Counted from the first letter of the stretch, positions 7,515 through 17,958 are shown. The stretch: 59,824 bases of DNA from a virus (IMGVR_UViG_3300020385_000016:1-59824), one strand, 5' to 3'. Notes: generated from the sequence alone by a model not told the origin. Program-made: numbers and translations.

Positions 7515-7600
7515 TTTCTTTTGTCTTTTTCATGTTCTTTAAATAACCACTCCACATACAAGTTCCATAGTTTTATTATCCATCTCATAACTAAACTCCT

Positions 7601-7750
7601 CTATTGACACGATAAGCACTCCTCGCCATCGTTCTTTGGGTTTTTACATATACATTCAGGGCAAGGACATAAACCATAAACGTCAGCATGTAACTCTTCA
7701 TTACAGTGACATTTGCAATTACATTTTTTACATCTATTTCCTGTAGCCAT
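7601..7750 (-). CDS. metallothionein-like Cys-rich peptide (49 aa)
   Basis: MATGNRCKKCNCKCHCNEELHADVYGLCPCPECICKNPKNDGEECLSCQ: 11 Cys, 2 His. Confidence 0.6.
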   Translation of the reverse strand: MATGNRCKKCNCKCHCNEELHADVYGLCPCPECICKNPKNDGEECLSCQ

Positions 7751-8017
7751 ATCCTGTTTTCTTGTTGCCCCATCTCTTGTTCCAGGCATACACATTCATT
7801 TTACTTCCAATGTGTTCCATCCAAGATAAAGGTTTATCTATTATTTTTTTTATTAGTTGTTTCATATCTGTTATTGCGTCTGGTATTGTTTTCATAATTA
7901 GTACCGGGAGATAAAAGTCTCCCTCTACCCCCCTATCTTATCACGTTAATAAGAATTTATTTATTGAATTTTGCTGCAATCCAATGATAGACAGCTCGAA
8001 TTTTTTCTTTAATTTTT

Positions 8018-8668
8018 TTAATCATTTTTCTTTTCCTCTATTTCGTAGAAGAACTTATCAGTATCTTCTGTTTTCCATTTACCTGTATCTTCAACATTCC
8101 ACTCATTAGTTTGCACTTTCCAGTCTGGTATATTATCTTTCACAGTGAAAGAAGGTAAGTCCCATATACATCTATTGTTTGGTTGTGCTGCATAGTTACC
8201 GTCGTCTAGGGCTATGATATGTGCGCACTTATGTTCGTGCGGAATCTCTGAATGATCAGTGTCTAATATATTACCATCTGGATGTGCCCAGTCAACGGTA
8301 AATAAGTATTGACCATGGTGCCATTTTTTATCTTTACCAATGTATTTGCCTGAAGCTGCGCTTAAGATATTCCAAGAAGTAACAGTAGGAAAATAACTAA
8401 AAGAATTCCATAACTCCAACTCGTCAAGTCTGCGAATAGGAACGTCCTTTGGGTTAAAGCCTCTTTGAATAAACGCAGATATCGGTAGACGATAGTAGAT
8501 AGCTCCATTTTCCATAATACAATGAAAAAGGATAGCACGCCCACCAAGACTCGATAAACCAAAAATAATACAGTCTTCAACTTCTCCATGATGTTTTTTA
8601 AGATCATAAAGATATTCTCTTTTAATTTGTGCATATGTTGCCGGTATGTTTGCATTTAAGTAAGCCAT
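8018..8668 (-). CDS. conserved phage hypothetical protein
   Basis: 216 aa ORF coupled to polA; HSEIPHEHKCAH and QPNNR motifs. Confidence 0.8.
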   Translation of the reverse strand: MAYLNANIPATYAQIKREYLYDLKKHHGEVEDCIIFGLSSLGGRAILFHCIMENGAIYYRLPISAFIQRGFNPKDVPIRRLDELELWNSFSYFPTVTSWNILSAASGKYIGKDKKWHHGQYLFTVDWAHPDGNILDTDHSEIPHEHKCAHIIALDDGNYAAQPNNRCIWDLPSFTVKDNIPDWKVQTNEWNVEDTGKWKTEDTDKFFYEIEEKKND

Positions 8669-10530
8669 TATTTAATTTCACCCCAATTAGCTCCCTTCTC
8701 GTAGTCTACCTTGTTAGGTACTTTTAATTCAACTGCTGATTCCATTATCTCTATAATATCCTCTGCTTGTTTCTGTGATTCAATAGATATATCTACTTCA
8801 TCATGAATTTGTATGTGTGGTATTATACCATTTTTATACAAAGCTACCATGGATTTTTTTGTCATATCTGCCGCTGATCCTTGTATTAACTTGTTTAAAG
8901 CCTTGTAAGTAAAGGCTCTTTTTAAAGGTTCATCATATTCTTTTCTAGCTTGTTCTAATGGTAAAGGTTTAAAAACCCCAAATTGAACAGGTTGCCATAA
9001 ATCAAAATGACAGGCACGACCGCCTAAAGTTCTGATCTTACCCCTGTCATTTGCTTTACGAGATACATTATCCATAAGTTGTTTTACAAATGGTGCTTTA
9101 GAATGATATTGTCTAATTAGTTTCTCTGCTGATTCTTTCATCAATCCTAGTTCAGCCATTAATTTATTTTTACCCATACCATACATTAAACCTAAATTAA
9201 TTGTTTTGGCTTGCTTACGTTCTATACCTGCCATATCTGCTACAACCTGGTGGAAATCTGCATCTCCTGCATTGTATGCATCAACAATCTCATCAACACC
9301 TTCTAAATTTTGTAGTTTAGCATAGTGTACTAAAATTCTAGGTTCTTGTTGTGAGTAGTCAAATGATCCCCATACATGTTTTTCTTCTGGAATAAATATA
9401 GATCTAATCATAGGACCAAGTTCAGGATGTCTTGCAGGAATTTGTTGTAGGTTTGGATTACTCATAGAAAATCTACCTGTAACAGTTCCGCCTGCGTCTG
9501 ATCTAATTTGATTTATGTCTGCGTGTATTCTACCATCAACTGCATGTTTAGTTATTGAATCTATAAACGTACTGTGAGCTTTGTTAAGTTCTCTTGCTTC
9601 AGCTATCGCTTTAGGTAATTCATGTGGGTGGTTTTGTAAAAAGTTTTTAGTAAAGCTTGGTTCATTACTTTTAGCTGTTCTATCATAAGGTAATTTAAGT
9701 TTGTCAAAGGCTTTTGCTATAGATCTAGCTGCCATAATCTCTACTTCAACACCAGTTAAATCTTTTATTTTTTTAATTAATGCCTCTTCCCTTTTAATTA
9801 AATTTAGTTTAATCTTTTGTGATTTTTCTAAATCAACTCTTACTCCCTTAAATCTCATATCAACAAGACAAGGAAATAAATCTGTTTCTAATGTAAAGAC
9901 ATCCATTAGTTCTTGATTATACAATTCTCTTTTTAATGTTTGCCAAAGTTTAAGTGTAGATTCTGCATCACGTTCTGCATATTGACCTACAAACATTGCA
10001 GGCATTCTCCACATATCTGCTTTAGGATCTAATCCATATTCTTTTGCAGCCTCAACTAAAACTTTTTCGTCTTTACCTAAACCAACATAATATTTTGCTA
10101 ATGAATTTAATTGATAACTCATTCTGTTTTCATCTATTAAGCTTGCTGCTATCATAGTGTCCACAATGGGTCCTTTTATGGTAAGTCCTGCTGACCTTAA
10201 CCAGCACACATCATACATCGCATTATGGAAGATAAATGTAGTATTTTCTTGATTTAATATGTCTTGAAGCCATCCTAATACCAATTTTTTGTCCATATTA
10301 CCACCTTGCTCGTGATGTATCGGAAAATAGCCTGACCAGCCCTCTACGGCCACCGCAACCCCAGCAATGTGACCTCTATTTGTAACATTACCTGATCCTA
10401 ACTGTTTTAAATGTGGATCATTAGTCTCTAAATCTATTGCAATTTCTTTATGTCCTCTTAAATCTTTTAATTCATCGGGCATTACCCACTCTGTTTCTGG
10501 AGTAAACAAAGGCATCTGTGTATTTCTCAT
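8668..10530 (-). CDS. polA: family A DNA polymerase with 3'-5' exonuclease
   Basis: DLET, FHNAMYD, TGRFSMSNPNLQQIP, DYSQQEPR, KTINLGLMYG, IQGSAAD, IHDE. Confidence 0.97.
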   Translation of the reverse strand: MRNTQMPLFTPETEWVMPDELKDLRGHKEIAIDLETNDPHLKQLGSGNVTNRGHIAGVAVAVEGWSGYFPIHHEQGGNMDKKLVLGWLQDILNQENTTFIFHNAMYDVCWLRSAGLTIKGPIVDTMIAASLIDENRMSYQLNSLAKYYVGLGKDEKVLVEAAKEYGLDPKADMWRMPAMFVGQYAERDAESTLKLWQTLKRELYNQELMDVFTLETDLFPCLVDMRFKGVRVDLEKSQKIKLNLIKREEALIKKIKDLTGVEVEIMAARSIAKAFDKLKLPYDRTAKSNEPSFTKNFLQNHPHELPKAIAEARELNKAHSTFIDSITKHAVDGRIHADINQIRSDAGGTVTGRFSMSNPNLQQIPARHPELGPMIRSIFIPEEKHVWGSFDYSQQEPRILVHYAKLQNLEGVDEIVDAYNAGDADFHQVVADMAGIERKQAKTINLGLMYGMGKNKLMAELGLMKESAEKLIRQYHSKAPFVKQLMDNVSRKANDRGKIRTLGGRACHFDLWQPVQFGVFKPLPLEQARKEYDEPLKRAFTYKALNKLIQGSAADMTKKSMVALYKNGIIPHIQIHDEVDISIESQKQAEDIIEIMESAVELKVPNKVDYEKGANWGEIK

Positions 10531-10739
10531 TCGTAATCCCTTTCGATTATCATATCAATATAGTGTTTAGCTTTAAGAAGGTCCTCTTTCCCACCCTTAT
10601 TTTTCGCTCTCACTATATATTTTATAGCGTTGCCTTCCGCAAAAAGCAACTTGTTTTTGTTTATAAACTCCGCGGGCTGAATGACATAATCTCGATAGTG
10701 ATTGCCACCTACCTGCCTAGTTAAGGTGTTTTTTTTCAT
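10527..10739 (-). CDS. DUF3310 / T7 gp1.7-like nucleotide kinase domain protein
   Basis: VGGNHY...GNAIKYIVR...EDLLKAKHYI. Confidence 0.85.
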   Translation of the reverse strand: MKKNTLTRQVGGNHYRDYVIQPAEFINKNKLLFAEGNAIKYIVRAKNKGGKEDLLKAKHYIDMIIERDYE

Positions 10740-10902
10740 ACTCTTTATATTCCTTTATTGTTTTTTCACTTGGATAATAAACATCGACCACACAATAACA
10801 TTTAGGACAATGTAAATTAGTTACCATATCATAAGTATCATCGTCTTCGATGTCATGATCAGCTCCCCATATTAGTTCTGTTTCGCAGTGCCAGCACTTC
10901 AT
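10717..10902 (-). CDS. zinc-finger small protein
   Basis: CWHC ... CPKC. Confidence 0.7.
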   Translation of the reverse strand: MKCWHCETELIWGADHDIEDDDTYDMVTNLHCPKCYCVVDVYYPSEKTIKEYKEYEKKHLN

Positions 10903-12407
10903 AATATATAAGCTCTATCAAAGTTCTTTGGATCTAACACATGCAATTCACGCTTCGCTCTTGTCGCTCCAGTATAGAATAATCTATGTAATTCATCCGG
11001 ATCATAACTCATCGTTTCTAACGCTGCATTTGTAAGGTCCTGCATAAGCAGAACGTTGTCGGCTTCTCCTCCTTTTGCTCCGTGTATTGTTGACATAATG
11101 ATACGAGGATTTTTATTTATCATCTCACCATTCGCCCTCATATTACGAATGTAATTCTCTGTGACATTATCTAAACCTTCAAAAGCATCATACCATACAC
11201 TGTCTGTAACCAAACCGTGTTCAGCTCTGCAATCTCTCATTAAATATTTTGTATCAGAGTGTAATGTTTTACCTGTTCTAAAACCTGGCAATACATTAGA
11301 GCCAAGGTATTCATATATATTTTTTATTTCTATATTACCTAGAGAAGCATCTTTACGCCAATGCTCCCAGTTATTTAAAGCCATAAGAAGTTTTAGTGGT
11401 ACAGAGTTAACACCTCTATGTTGATAATACCAACCTTGTAATTCACATAAATCTTTTACATCATCTAAAAAATGATTTGCAGAAGATAACACTAACCAAT
11501 TACCTTTAGACATATCTACTTGTGTAATATCAGAGTATCGTTTCAGTTTACCTTGTTCAGCTCTAGGCTTATAATCTTTATCAAATCTATTTTGTACTTT
11601 GTTTATAATCTTTTGTGATAGTTCGTGTATTGGTCCACCTGGTATTCTATAAGATTGATCTAATACTTTAATATCATTAACTTCTTCTTTAAGTGCTATG
11701 AAATGGTCTACATCAGCTCCAGCCCATTTAAATATAGCTTGATCATCATCGCCTGCAATATAAGTTTTCTCTGCGTTGGCCCATAATGATCTAACCATTT
11801 CCCATTGTATTAAAGATAAGTCTTGTGCCTCATCTATAAATAATGCTTTAAAATTTTGTTTAGTTGTTTGTGTAATAAAATCTTCTAATAAATCTGTAAA
11901 ATCTTTCAAACCTTTTTCTTTTTTATATCTCTTTAGTTCTTCCGATAGTAAATAAAGTGTATCTCTTTCTATATCTAATATGTTCTGTCTAGAATCATAA
12001 TACTCTAATAGATCCATACGTTTAACTCTAGCTGTATTCATAATCGTTAAGTATTCATTGTCAGAATTAAATGTACCATCATCTGTAGAATACTTTGCTG
12101 TCTTAATAGGTATACCTACTAATTTACCAAACTCTCTGTAATTATCTCCTGTCATCATTTTTTCTTTTGTCATAGCTAAACGACTGAACGCGTAAGAATG
12201 TAAAGTTCTAAAGTTCTCTAAATCTTTTTCTGCATCCAGACCAAACTTTTCAGCAGCTCTGTTTGCAGCTTCTCTTGCAGCTTTTCTAGTAAAAGAAAAG
12301 TATCCTATTTGTTTTGGCCTAATCCCCTGTTGAATGAACTGATCGACTAAATTCAATAACGTTGTCGTCTTGCCCGTCCCTGGTGGACCTAGTATTATAG
12401 TTTTCAT
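10899..12407 (-). CDS. superfamily 1 (UvrD/Rep-like) helicase
   Basis: GPPGTGKT, IDEAQD, GDDDQAIF, QSYR, TIHGAKGGE, YTGATRA. Confidence 0.93.
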   Translation of the reverse strand: MKTIILGPPGTGKTTTLLNLVDQFIQQGIRPKQIGYFSFTRKAAREAANRAAEKFGLDAEKDLENFRTLHSYAFSRLAMTKEKMMTGDNYREFGKLVGIPIKTAKYSTDDGTFNSDNEYLTIMNTARVKRMDLLEYYDSRQNILDIERDTLYLLSEELKRYKKEKGLKDFTDLLEDFITQTTKQNFKALFIDEAQDLSLIQWEMVRSLWANAEKTYIAGDDDQAIFKWAGADVDHFIALKEEVNDIKVLDQSYRIPGGPIHELSQKIINKVQNRFDKDYKPRAEQGKLKRYSDITQVDMSKGNWLVLSSANHFLDDVKDLCELQGWYYQHRGVNSVPLKLLMALNNWEHWRKDASLGNIEIKNIYEYLGSNVLPGFRTGKTLHSDTKYLMRDCRAEHGLVTDSVWYDAFEGLDNVTENYIRNMRANGEMINKNPRIIMSTIHGAKGGEADNVLLMQDLTNAALETMSYDPDELHRLFYTGATRAKRELHVLDPKNFDRAYIL

Positions 12408-12522
12408 ATTTTAATAATCTTTTTCTTAATATATCTATTTTCATTTCTAATAACTCACATCTACTTTTTTCTAATCGGTATCGTAGATTCCAATTAATAC
12501 CTATGTCTTTTACTTTACTCAT
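12319..12522 (-). CDS. hypothetical protein
   Basis: ORF between primase and helicase. Confidence 0.5.
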   Translation of the reverse strand: MSKVKDIGINWNLRYRLEKSRCELLEMKIDILRKRLLKYENYNTRSTRDGQDDNVIEFSRSVHSTGD

Positions 12523-14060
12523 TAAAATGCCTCCTGATGATATTCAACTTTAGAAACCGTAGCTTCTGTTTGTTTCATTGTTTTTATTTTTATTAGTCTT
12601 GGTTGTTGTTTTTTTATTCTTACTCTTTCTTCTGATACAAATGTATCTTCCAATCTTTTTATTAAATTACCTGTTTTAATTTTATCTACTTCCCAATTAT
12701 TCTTTTTAAGAAATGCGTAGAAGTCATCCATTCTAAAGTATGTAAATTCTTTATTGTCATCTGTATATGGTAATTTATTAAATATATCATCCATAGTTCT
12801 TGCTGACTGTCTGTTAGTAGTCCAGTCTTGTAATAATCCTGTAAGTTGATTCATAGGATTTAAAGATTCTAATGGTTCTACTTCTTGTAAATTGTTCATC
12901 ATAGGTTTTAAAAAATGTTGTTTCCAATCTTTTGCTTTTGGTACAGGTACAACTAAATTAGCTTGATCTAAACATGCTAATGCAAATAAAGGTGAGCTGT
13001 ATAACTGTTCTGATTTTAATTCGATCCGCGTTCCATCTACATCTAAAAACCATTGTGGTGGACTTGACTTGTATTTAGTAAGATTGCCTAGTTGTGGCAT
13101 CTCCTCTTCACCAAAACCTACACCAAATCTTTTTGTTCTACACAAACCTGATTGACAGACCGCGTTGATAGGTGCGTCTTTACATCTGTACTTGTCATAG
13201 CCTTTACGATTAACTGATTTAATTAATTGTTGAACCTCACCATTACTTAGTTTTGGTTCCATATGTTTTATATTAGCTTCGACAATTTTATCTTCCCAAC
13301 TATCAGGATGAGCTTGTTTGTAATAAACTGCAATATTAAATAATGCATTGTTCCTAGACCCCTCACCAAAACCAGTTGATGCCAACTTGTTTAGACAAGG
13401 AGGTCCAGCAGGAAACGCTTCTTCTATTTTCTTTTCTTCAACTTTAATTTGTTTGACTTGTTCTTCACTGCAACCATGTAAATCATAGAGCTTATAAAAT
13501 TCCTCAAGTGAAGCAGCATCGCCGTTATCATTAATCGCATATCTTAATCCTTTTGTTTCATTGTAGTAGGGTAAGTTTAAGAAATTACCTGTATCCCCAC
13601 GTTCTACAAGTATTTCTGTTTGTTTAGGAAAGATCTCTGATCCTTCATAACCTAAAACTTTTGCTAATTTTTTGAGTGTGCTCTGCATAAGAGATGCAGA
13701 GATAAATTCTGTAGTAAATAAAAATACGTGAGCACCGCCTGATTTAGAACGACAAACAATTAAGGGGAAATTAAAATTTCGTATGCTCTGAATGAGGCTG
13801 CCGTGGTCGAAATTGTAACTGTCAATATCAATACAGCCCCAACGACACGTGTTATCCTCACGAATGGGGATAATCCCGAGAGCCGGACCTTTTCCCTGTA
13901 AATGGTTCTCCCACAAATCATCGCTAACATTCTTTCTAACAATGAATGCCTTACCTTTTTGTTTGTCACCATTGGCTGCGACATCGCCTTTTTGATATTG
14001 TCCATATGCAATTTTTAATCCTTCAAATATATTTTTAAATTTTTCCGTCTTCATTATCAT
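12522..14060 (-). CDS. AEP-family primase with PriCT-like domain
   Basis: CIDID, SKSGGAH, GEGSRNNALF. Confidence 0.8.
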   Translation of the reverse strand: MIMKTEKFKNIFEGLKIAYGQYQKGDVAANGDKQKGKAFIVRKNVSDDLWENHLQGKGPALGIIPIREDNTCRWGCIDIDSYNFDHGSLIQSIRNFNFPLIVCRSKSGGAHVFLFTTEFISASLMQSTLKKLAKVLGYEGSEIFPKQTEILVERGDTGNFLNLPYYNETKGLRYAINDNGDAASLEEFYKLYDLHGCSEEQVKQIKVEEKKIEEAFPAGPPCLNKLASTGFGEGSRNNALFNIAVYYKQAHPDSWEDKIVEANIKHMEPKLSNGEVQQLIKSVNRKGYDKYRCKDAPINAVCQSGLCRTKRFGVGFGEEEMPQLGNLTKYKSSPPQWFLDVDGTRIELKSEQLYSSPLFALACLDQANLVVPVPKAKDWKQHFLKPMMNNLQEVEPLESLNPMNQLTGLLQDWTTNRQSARTMDDIFNKLPYTDDNKEFTYFRMDDFYAFLKKNNWEVDKIKTGNLIKRLEDTFVSEERVRIKKQQPRLIKIKTMKQTEATVSKVEYHQEAF

Positions 14061-14075
14061 TTCTACTTAATTTGT

Positions 14076-14098
14076 AAAGGGGGACTATTAATCCCCCT
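14076..14098 (-). terminator. stem-loop, possible intrinsic terminator
   Basis: AGGGGGA/TCCCCCT stem after the SSB-like gene. Confidence 0.5.
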
Positions 14099-14106
14099 CA
14101 CTACAA

Positions 14107-14880
14107 CTAAAACGGTGTTGCCGCTCCAGTTGATTTCTCTTCCACATCTGCTTTTGTTTGCACGTTACCTTTTGAAACATTATTAGAAAAGTCTTTTGAA
14201 TTTAAATACAAAGACTTATCTTTCTGTCCCATGATTCTGTCCATCGTCACAACCCAACCATACCAAGAACCTTTGTCGTTCTTTTGTAGATTTGATTGAA
14301 GATTGTAAACAACCCCATGCATAGGTGGTACAGCAAATCCGCCTTTACCATCGTCAATTTGAACAGACTTCATCATTGAATTCCATTTTTTACTGACGCT
14401 CAACTGTGTTGATTTCATAGTAATTAAAGCTGGACTATATCCACCCTGTTTGTTTTCGACCTGTACATAGTAATAAGCAGTCTCTTCTAAATAGTTACCA
14501 TTTGGTAATCTAATTTTAGAGCCTTCTCTCTTACCTGTTTGTATCACCGGACTTCCTGGTGAGTGAGTTGCTACAGGCGCACCTGGACCATCTCCTCTAT
14601 CAGACCATTCCGGATAGTCTTTTTTATAGTAGCAAGGAATAACCTTGATACCTTTTTTACCATCGTATAACTCGCTGGTAACTGTATTATAGATCATACC
14701 AGGTTTGGCACCCTCTATAAATTTACTATCACCATCTGTTACTTGTGGTGAAAGTTGTCCCAAGATTCTGATAAACGGTAACGCCATATCTTCTTGCGTC
14801 ATGTTTTCAAAACCTTTTTGCAGATCATCTCCGAATAACGAAACTGATCCTGTGTTTTTAGCTTTTATTTCATTAGCCAT
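14107..14880 (-). CDS. putative ssDNA-binding/annealing protein
   Basis: LPFIRILGQLSP, NDKGSWYGW and a C-terminal PF tail; position in replication module. Confidence 0.6.
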   Translation of the reverse strand: MANEIKAKNTGSVSLFGDDLQKGFENMTQEDMALPFIRILGQLSPQVTDGDSKFIEGAKPGMIYNTVTSELYDGKKGIKVIPCYYKKDYPEWSDRGDGPGAPVATHSPGSPVIQTGKREGSKIRLPNGNYLEETAYYYVQVENKQGGYSPALITMKSTQLSVSKKWNSMMKSVQIDDGKGGFAVPPMHGVVYNLQSNLQKNDKGSWYGWVVTMDRIMGQKDKSLYLNSKDFSNNVSKGNVQTKADVEEKSTGAATPF

Positions 14881-14894
14881 TATACATCCTCCAT

Positions 14895-15458
14895 TTATTT
14901 TTTCCGGCTGATTTTTGTTTTGTCTTTAATCCAAAGATTAAAAACATCAGAAGGCATGTCAAGACCGGCCTTGACACGCTCCTCATATAGAGCAGTTAAT
15001 GTATTCCACGCCACATCAGATTTCTGCTGCGGAGTAAACCCATTTTCTGCTGCAAGGTTCAACAATTGTTTCGCCTTGTCATCTTCTCCCTTACCAAAAG
15101 TTACAAAGACATTGTTTTTAATAATATCTCCTAGTTTTTGGTCACGAAGCCATTGATAGGCACTCTCTCTTGCTAAATCATCTTTTTTGAGAGTAGCCCT
15201 AAATTCTTTTTTAACAGAAACTTTACTACCATCTGCTAGTTTTATTTCTGATAATCCCTGTTCTGAAAGAAGCTCTGGAATAACTCTAGAACTAATATCA
15301 TCTGCTTCAGCTTTTTTAGCTTTTAACTTCTCTTCTAGTTCTTCTATTTCATCTTCTTTATTCTTTAACAATATACACTGCTGTGCAATGTCTGTTACTT
15401 CAACGTTATCCAACATATCTTTTGTGTCTTCTAACATCATATTTTTTACTTCACTCAT
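14895..15458 (-). CDS. conserved phage coiled-coil protein of the replication module
   Basis: IPELL...LADGSKV...WLRD..LGDIIKN. Confidence 0.75.
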   Translation of the reverse strand: MSEVKNMMLEDTKDMLDNVEVTDIAQQCILLKNKEDEIEELEEKLKAKKAEADDISSRVIPELLSEQGLSEIKLADGSKVSVKKEFRATLKKDDLARESAYQWLRDQKLGDIIKNNVFVTFGKGEDDKAKQLLNLAAENGFTPQQKSDVAWNTLTALYEERVKAGLDMPSDVFNLWIKDKTKISRKK

Positions 15459-15460
15459 TA

Positions 15461-15868
15461 TTATCCTTTCTGATAAAGATCGAAATTTATTGGATAGTAT
15501 TTAGCCTCTCGTCGATCCCATTTCAAGAGATTAAATTTACCGTTTGTTTTATCACAAACGATTGCACAAGATATTCCTATAATAGCAGGATCTCCTGTTA
15601 ACAATACGTAGTCTTGTTCTCTAAAGTCTCTTAAGTTTTTTTGCATTTTAAAAACAAAAGGACTTGATGAGAATATTATCTGTGAATCTGGGCCATAGTT
15701 AGGCAAACAGATTACAAGATAACCAAAATCAGATGCACCTAAAATATTTATATTTGCAGGTGGATGTTGTAGTACATACACAAATTTTTCTTCAGGGTTG
15801 TTTTTTTTAAAGTCTAAAAACTCTGCTAAAGAATTTGGTTTATATAATTCAAAAATTTTATTCTTCAT
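15461..15868 (-). CDS. conserved phage hypothetical protein
   Basis: DYVLLTGDPAII, LLKWDR. Confidence 0.75.
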   Translation of the reverse strand: MKNKIFELYKPNSLAEFLDFKKNNPEEKFVYVLQHPPANINILGASDFGYLVICLPNYGPDSQIIFSSSPFVFKMQKNLRDFREQDYVLLTGDPAIIGISCAIVCDKTNGKFNLLKWDRREAKYYPINFDLYQKG

Positions 15869-15879
15869 TCTATTATTCT

Positions 15880-15918
15880 CTTGACAATCTATATAGTAGT
15901 TATTATATACTTGTCAAG
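15880..15918. promoter_or_regulatory. overlapping divergent promoters
   Basis: CTTGACAA...TTGTCAAG inverted -35 boxes between divergent genes. Confidence 0.65.
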
Positions 15919-15928
15919 TAGAAAGAAT

Positions 15929-17362
15929 ATGAATTATAAATTTAAGACAAAGCCATACAAGCATCAGCTGACGGCATTAGAAAAATCAGTTGATAAAAAA
16001 GAATACGGTTACTTTATGGAAATGGGTACCGGTAAATCTAAAGTGTTAGTTGATAACATGGCTATGCTTTATGATAAAGGTAAAATAAATGGGGCGCTTA
16101 TTATAGCACCAAAAGGTGTATATAGAAATTGGTTAGAACAAGAAATTCCTATACATTTAGCTAGTCACATAAAACCCAAAATGGTATTATGGACTGCTTT
16201 AACATCCAAAACAAAGGAAAAAGAATATCAAACTTTATTTGAAACAGGCTTTGACCTACATGTCCTTATCATGAATGTTGAAGCATTTAGTACAAAAAAA
16301 GGTGCTGAATTTGCTTATAAATTTTTAAGAACTCATAAGACACTTATGGCTGTAGATGAATCTACAACTATCAAAAACCCTTCAGCTAAAAGAACTAAAA
16401 CAATTATTACTTTAGGTAAGCATGCAACTTATAGACGTATTCTTACAGGTTCTCCTGTTACTAAATCACCATTAGATTTATATAGTCAATGCACATTTTT
16501 AGATGAAGGTTTATTAGATTTTACATCTTACTATGCTTTTAGAAATAGATATGCACATATGGTAGAAAGAAATTTTGGTGGTCGTAGAGTACAGATTGTA
16601 GGTAGTTATCAAAGATTAGATGAACTAGAAAAAACATTAAAAAAGTTTTCTTATAGAGTACAAAAAAAAGATTGTTTAGATTTACCTAAAAAGATATTTA
16701 TAAACAGAACAGTGGAATTAACTTCTGAACAAGATAAAGCTTATCAAACTATGAAATCTGCAGCTCTTGCTACATTAAAAGGCAAGATGGCTACCGCTCC
16801 ACACACCTTAACTCAATTAATGCGATTACATCAAATTACTTGTGGTCATTTTAAATCTGATGACGGTGAGATAACTAATTTAAAACATAATAGAATAACA
16901 GAATTAATGGATGTTATGGACGAAATGGAAGGCAAAGTTATTATATGGGCTAATTATATTCATGACATAGAAGAAATTGTAAAAACAGTTAAGAAAGAAC
17001 ATGGAGATAATTCTATTGTACAATATTATGGTGCTATCTCATCTGACGACAGACAGAAAGCTATTAAAGAATTTCAAGATCCTAAATCTCCTGTAAAATA
17101 CTTTGTAGGTAACACACAAACAGGTGGTTATGGTATTACATTAACGGCGGCAAGCAATGTAATTTATTATTCTAACAGTTATGATTTAGAGAAAAGATTA
17201 CAATCAGAAGATAGAGCACATAGAATAGGTCAACATAAACCTGTGACTTACGTAGATCTTATTGCTCCAAAGACTGTTGATGAAAAAATAATAAAAGCAT
17301 TAAGAGGTAAAATTAATATTGCATCTCAAATTATGGGTGATACTTTAGACGCCTGGATATGA
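15929..17362 (+). CDS. SNF2-family helicase
   Basis: MEMGTGKS, DEST, LTGSP, GYGITL, QSEDRAHRIGQ; ATG 15929 preferred. Confidence 0.93.
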   Translation: MNYKFKTKPYKHQLTALEKSVDKKEYGYFMEMGTGKSKVLVDNMAMLYDKGKINGALIIAPKGVYRNWLEQEIPIHLASHIKPKMVLWTALTSKTKEKEYQTLFETGFDLHVLIMNVEAFSTKKGAEFAYKFLRTHKTLMAVDESTTIKNPSAKRTKTIITLGKHATYRRILTGSPVTKSPLDLYSQCTFLDEGLLDFTSYYAFRNRYAHMVERNFGGRRVQIVGSYQRLDELEKTLKKFSYRVQKKDCLDLPKKIFINRTVELTSEQDKAYQTMKSAALATLKGKMATAPHTLTQLMRLHQITCGHFKSDDGEITNLKHNRITELMDVMDEMEGKVIIWANYIHDIEEIVKTVKKEHGDNSIVQYYGAISSDDRQKAIKEFQDPKSPVKYFVGNTQTGGYGITLTAASNVIYYSNSYDLEKRLQSEDRAHRIGQHKPVTYVDLIAPKTVDEKIIKALRGKINIASQIMGDTLDAWI

Positions 17363-17574
17363 AACCTATAATTATAACTTTACTTTATCTTACCTTTGGT
17401 AATGAAATTAAGATGGAAACCTTTGAAATCAATACAACTTGTGATAGTTGGTTTCATACAAATGTAGCACAAATAGAGAATAAAAAGAAAACATTGTTCT
17501 CTGGCAGAACCTATCATGTGTATAAAGATAAAAAAGTTATTGGTTATATCTGTGCGGACGAACCACCACAATGA
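17359..17574 (+). CDS. hypothetical protein
   Basis: ATGA overlap with the helicase stop. Confidence 0.65.
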   Translation: MKPIIITLLYLTFGNEIKMETFEINTTCDSWFHTNVAQIENKKKTLFSGRTYHVYKDKKVIGYICADEPPQ

Positions 17575-17577
17575 ATC

Positions 17578-17955
17578 CTAAAGATCAACTAATCCTGTTT
17601 CTCTGTTTAAATATTTATATTCTATTTTATGTATATCAAAATCTTTCATGATTTTTTTACATATATCTGTAGGATCAAAATCACCACAACTATAAACATC
17701 TAATTGCATTAATGCAGGTTTAGGTTCATCCCAAATATGCATAGCAATGTGTGAAGTTTCTATTATTGCAACTGCTGTAATACCTCTATTACCTGGCATA
17801 TCACAGTATTTTACATAAGGACCCATAAAGACTTTCATATCAATGGATTCTATAAAACCTAACATCCAATCTTTTAGCCACTCTGCATCTGTCGGGGGTT
17901 TACTAGCTTCGGCACGAATAATAAGATGCTTATGCACCAGAAGACTATTTTTCAT
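17578..17955 (-). CDS. speD: pyruvoyl-dependent decarboxylase, SpeD/SpeH (AdoMetDC) family
   Basis: HLII..., GITAVAIIETSHIAMHIW, DVYSCG. Confidence 0.85.
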   Translation of the reverse strand: MKNSLLVHKHLIIRAEASKPPTDAEWLKDWMLGFIESIDMKVFMGPYVKYCDMPGNRGITAVAIIETSHIAMHIWDEPKPALMQLDVYSCGDFDPTDICKKIMKDFDIHKIEYKYLNRETGLVDL

Positions 17956-17958
17956 GAG

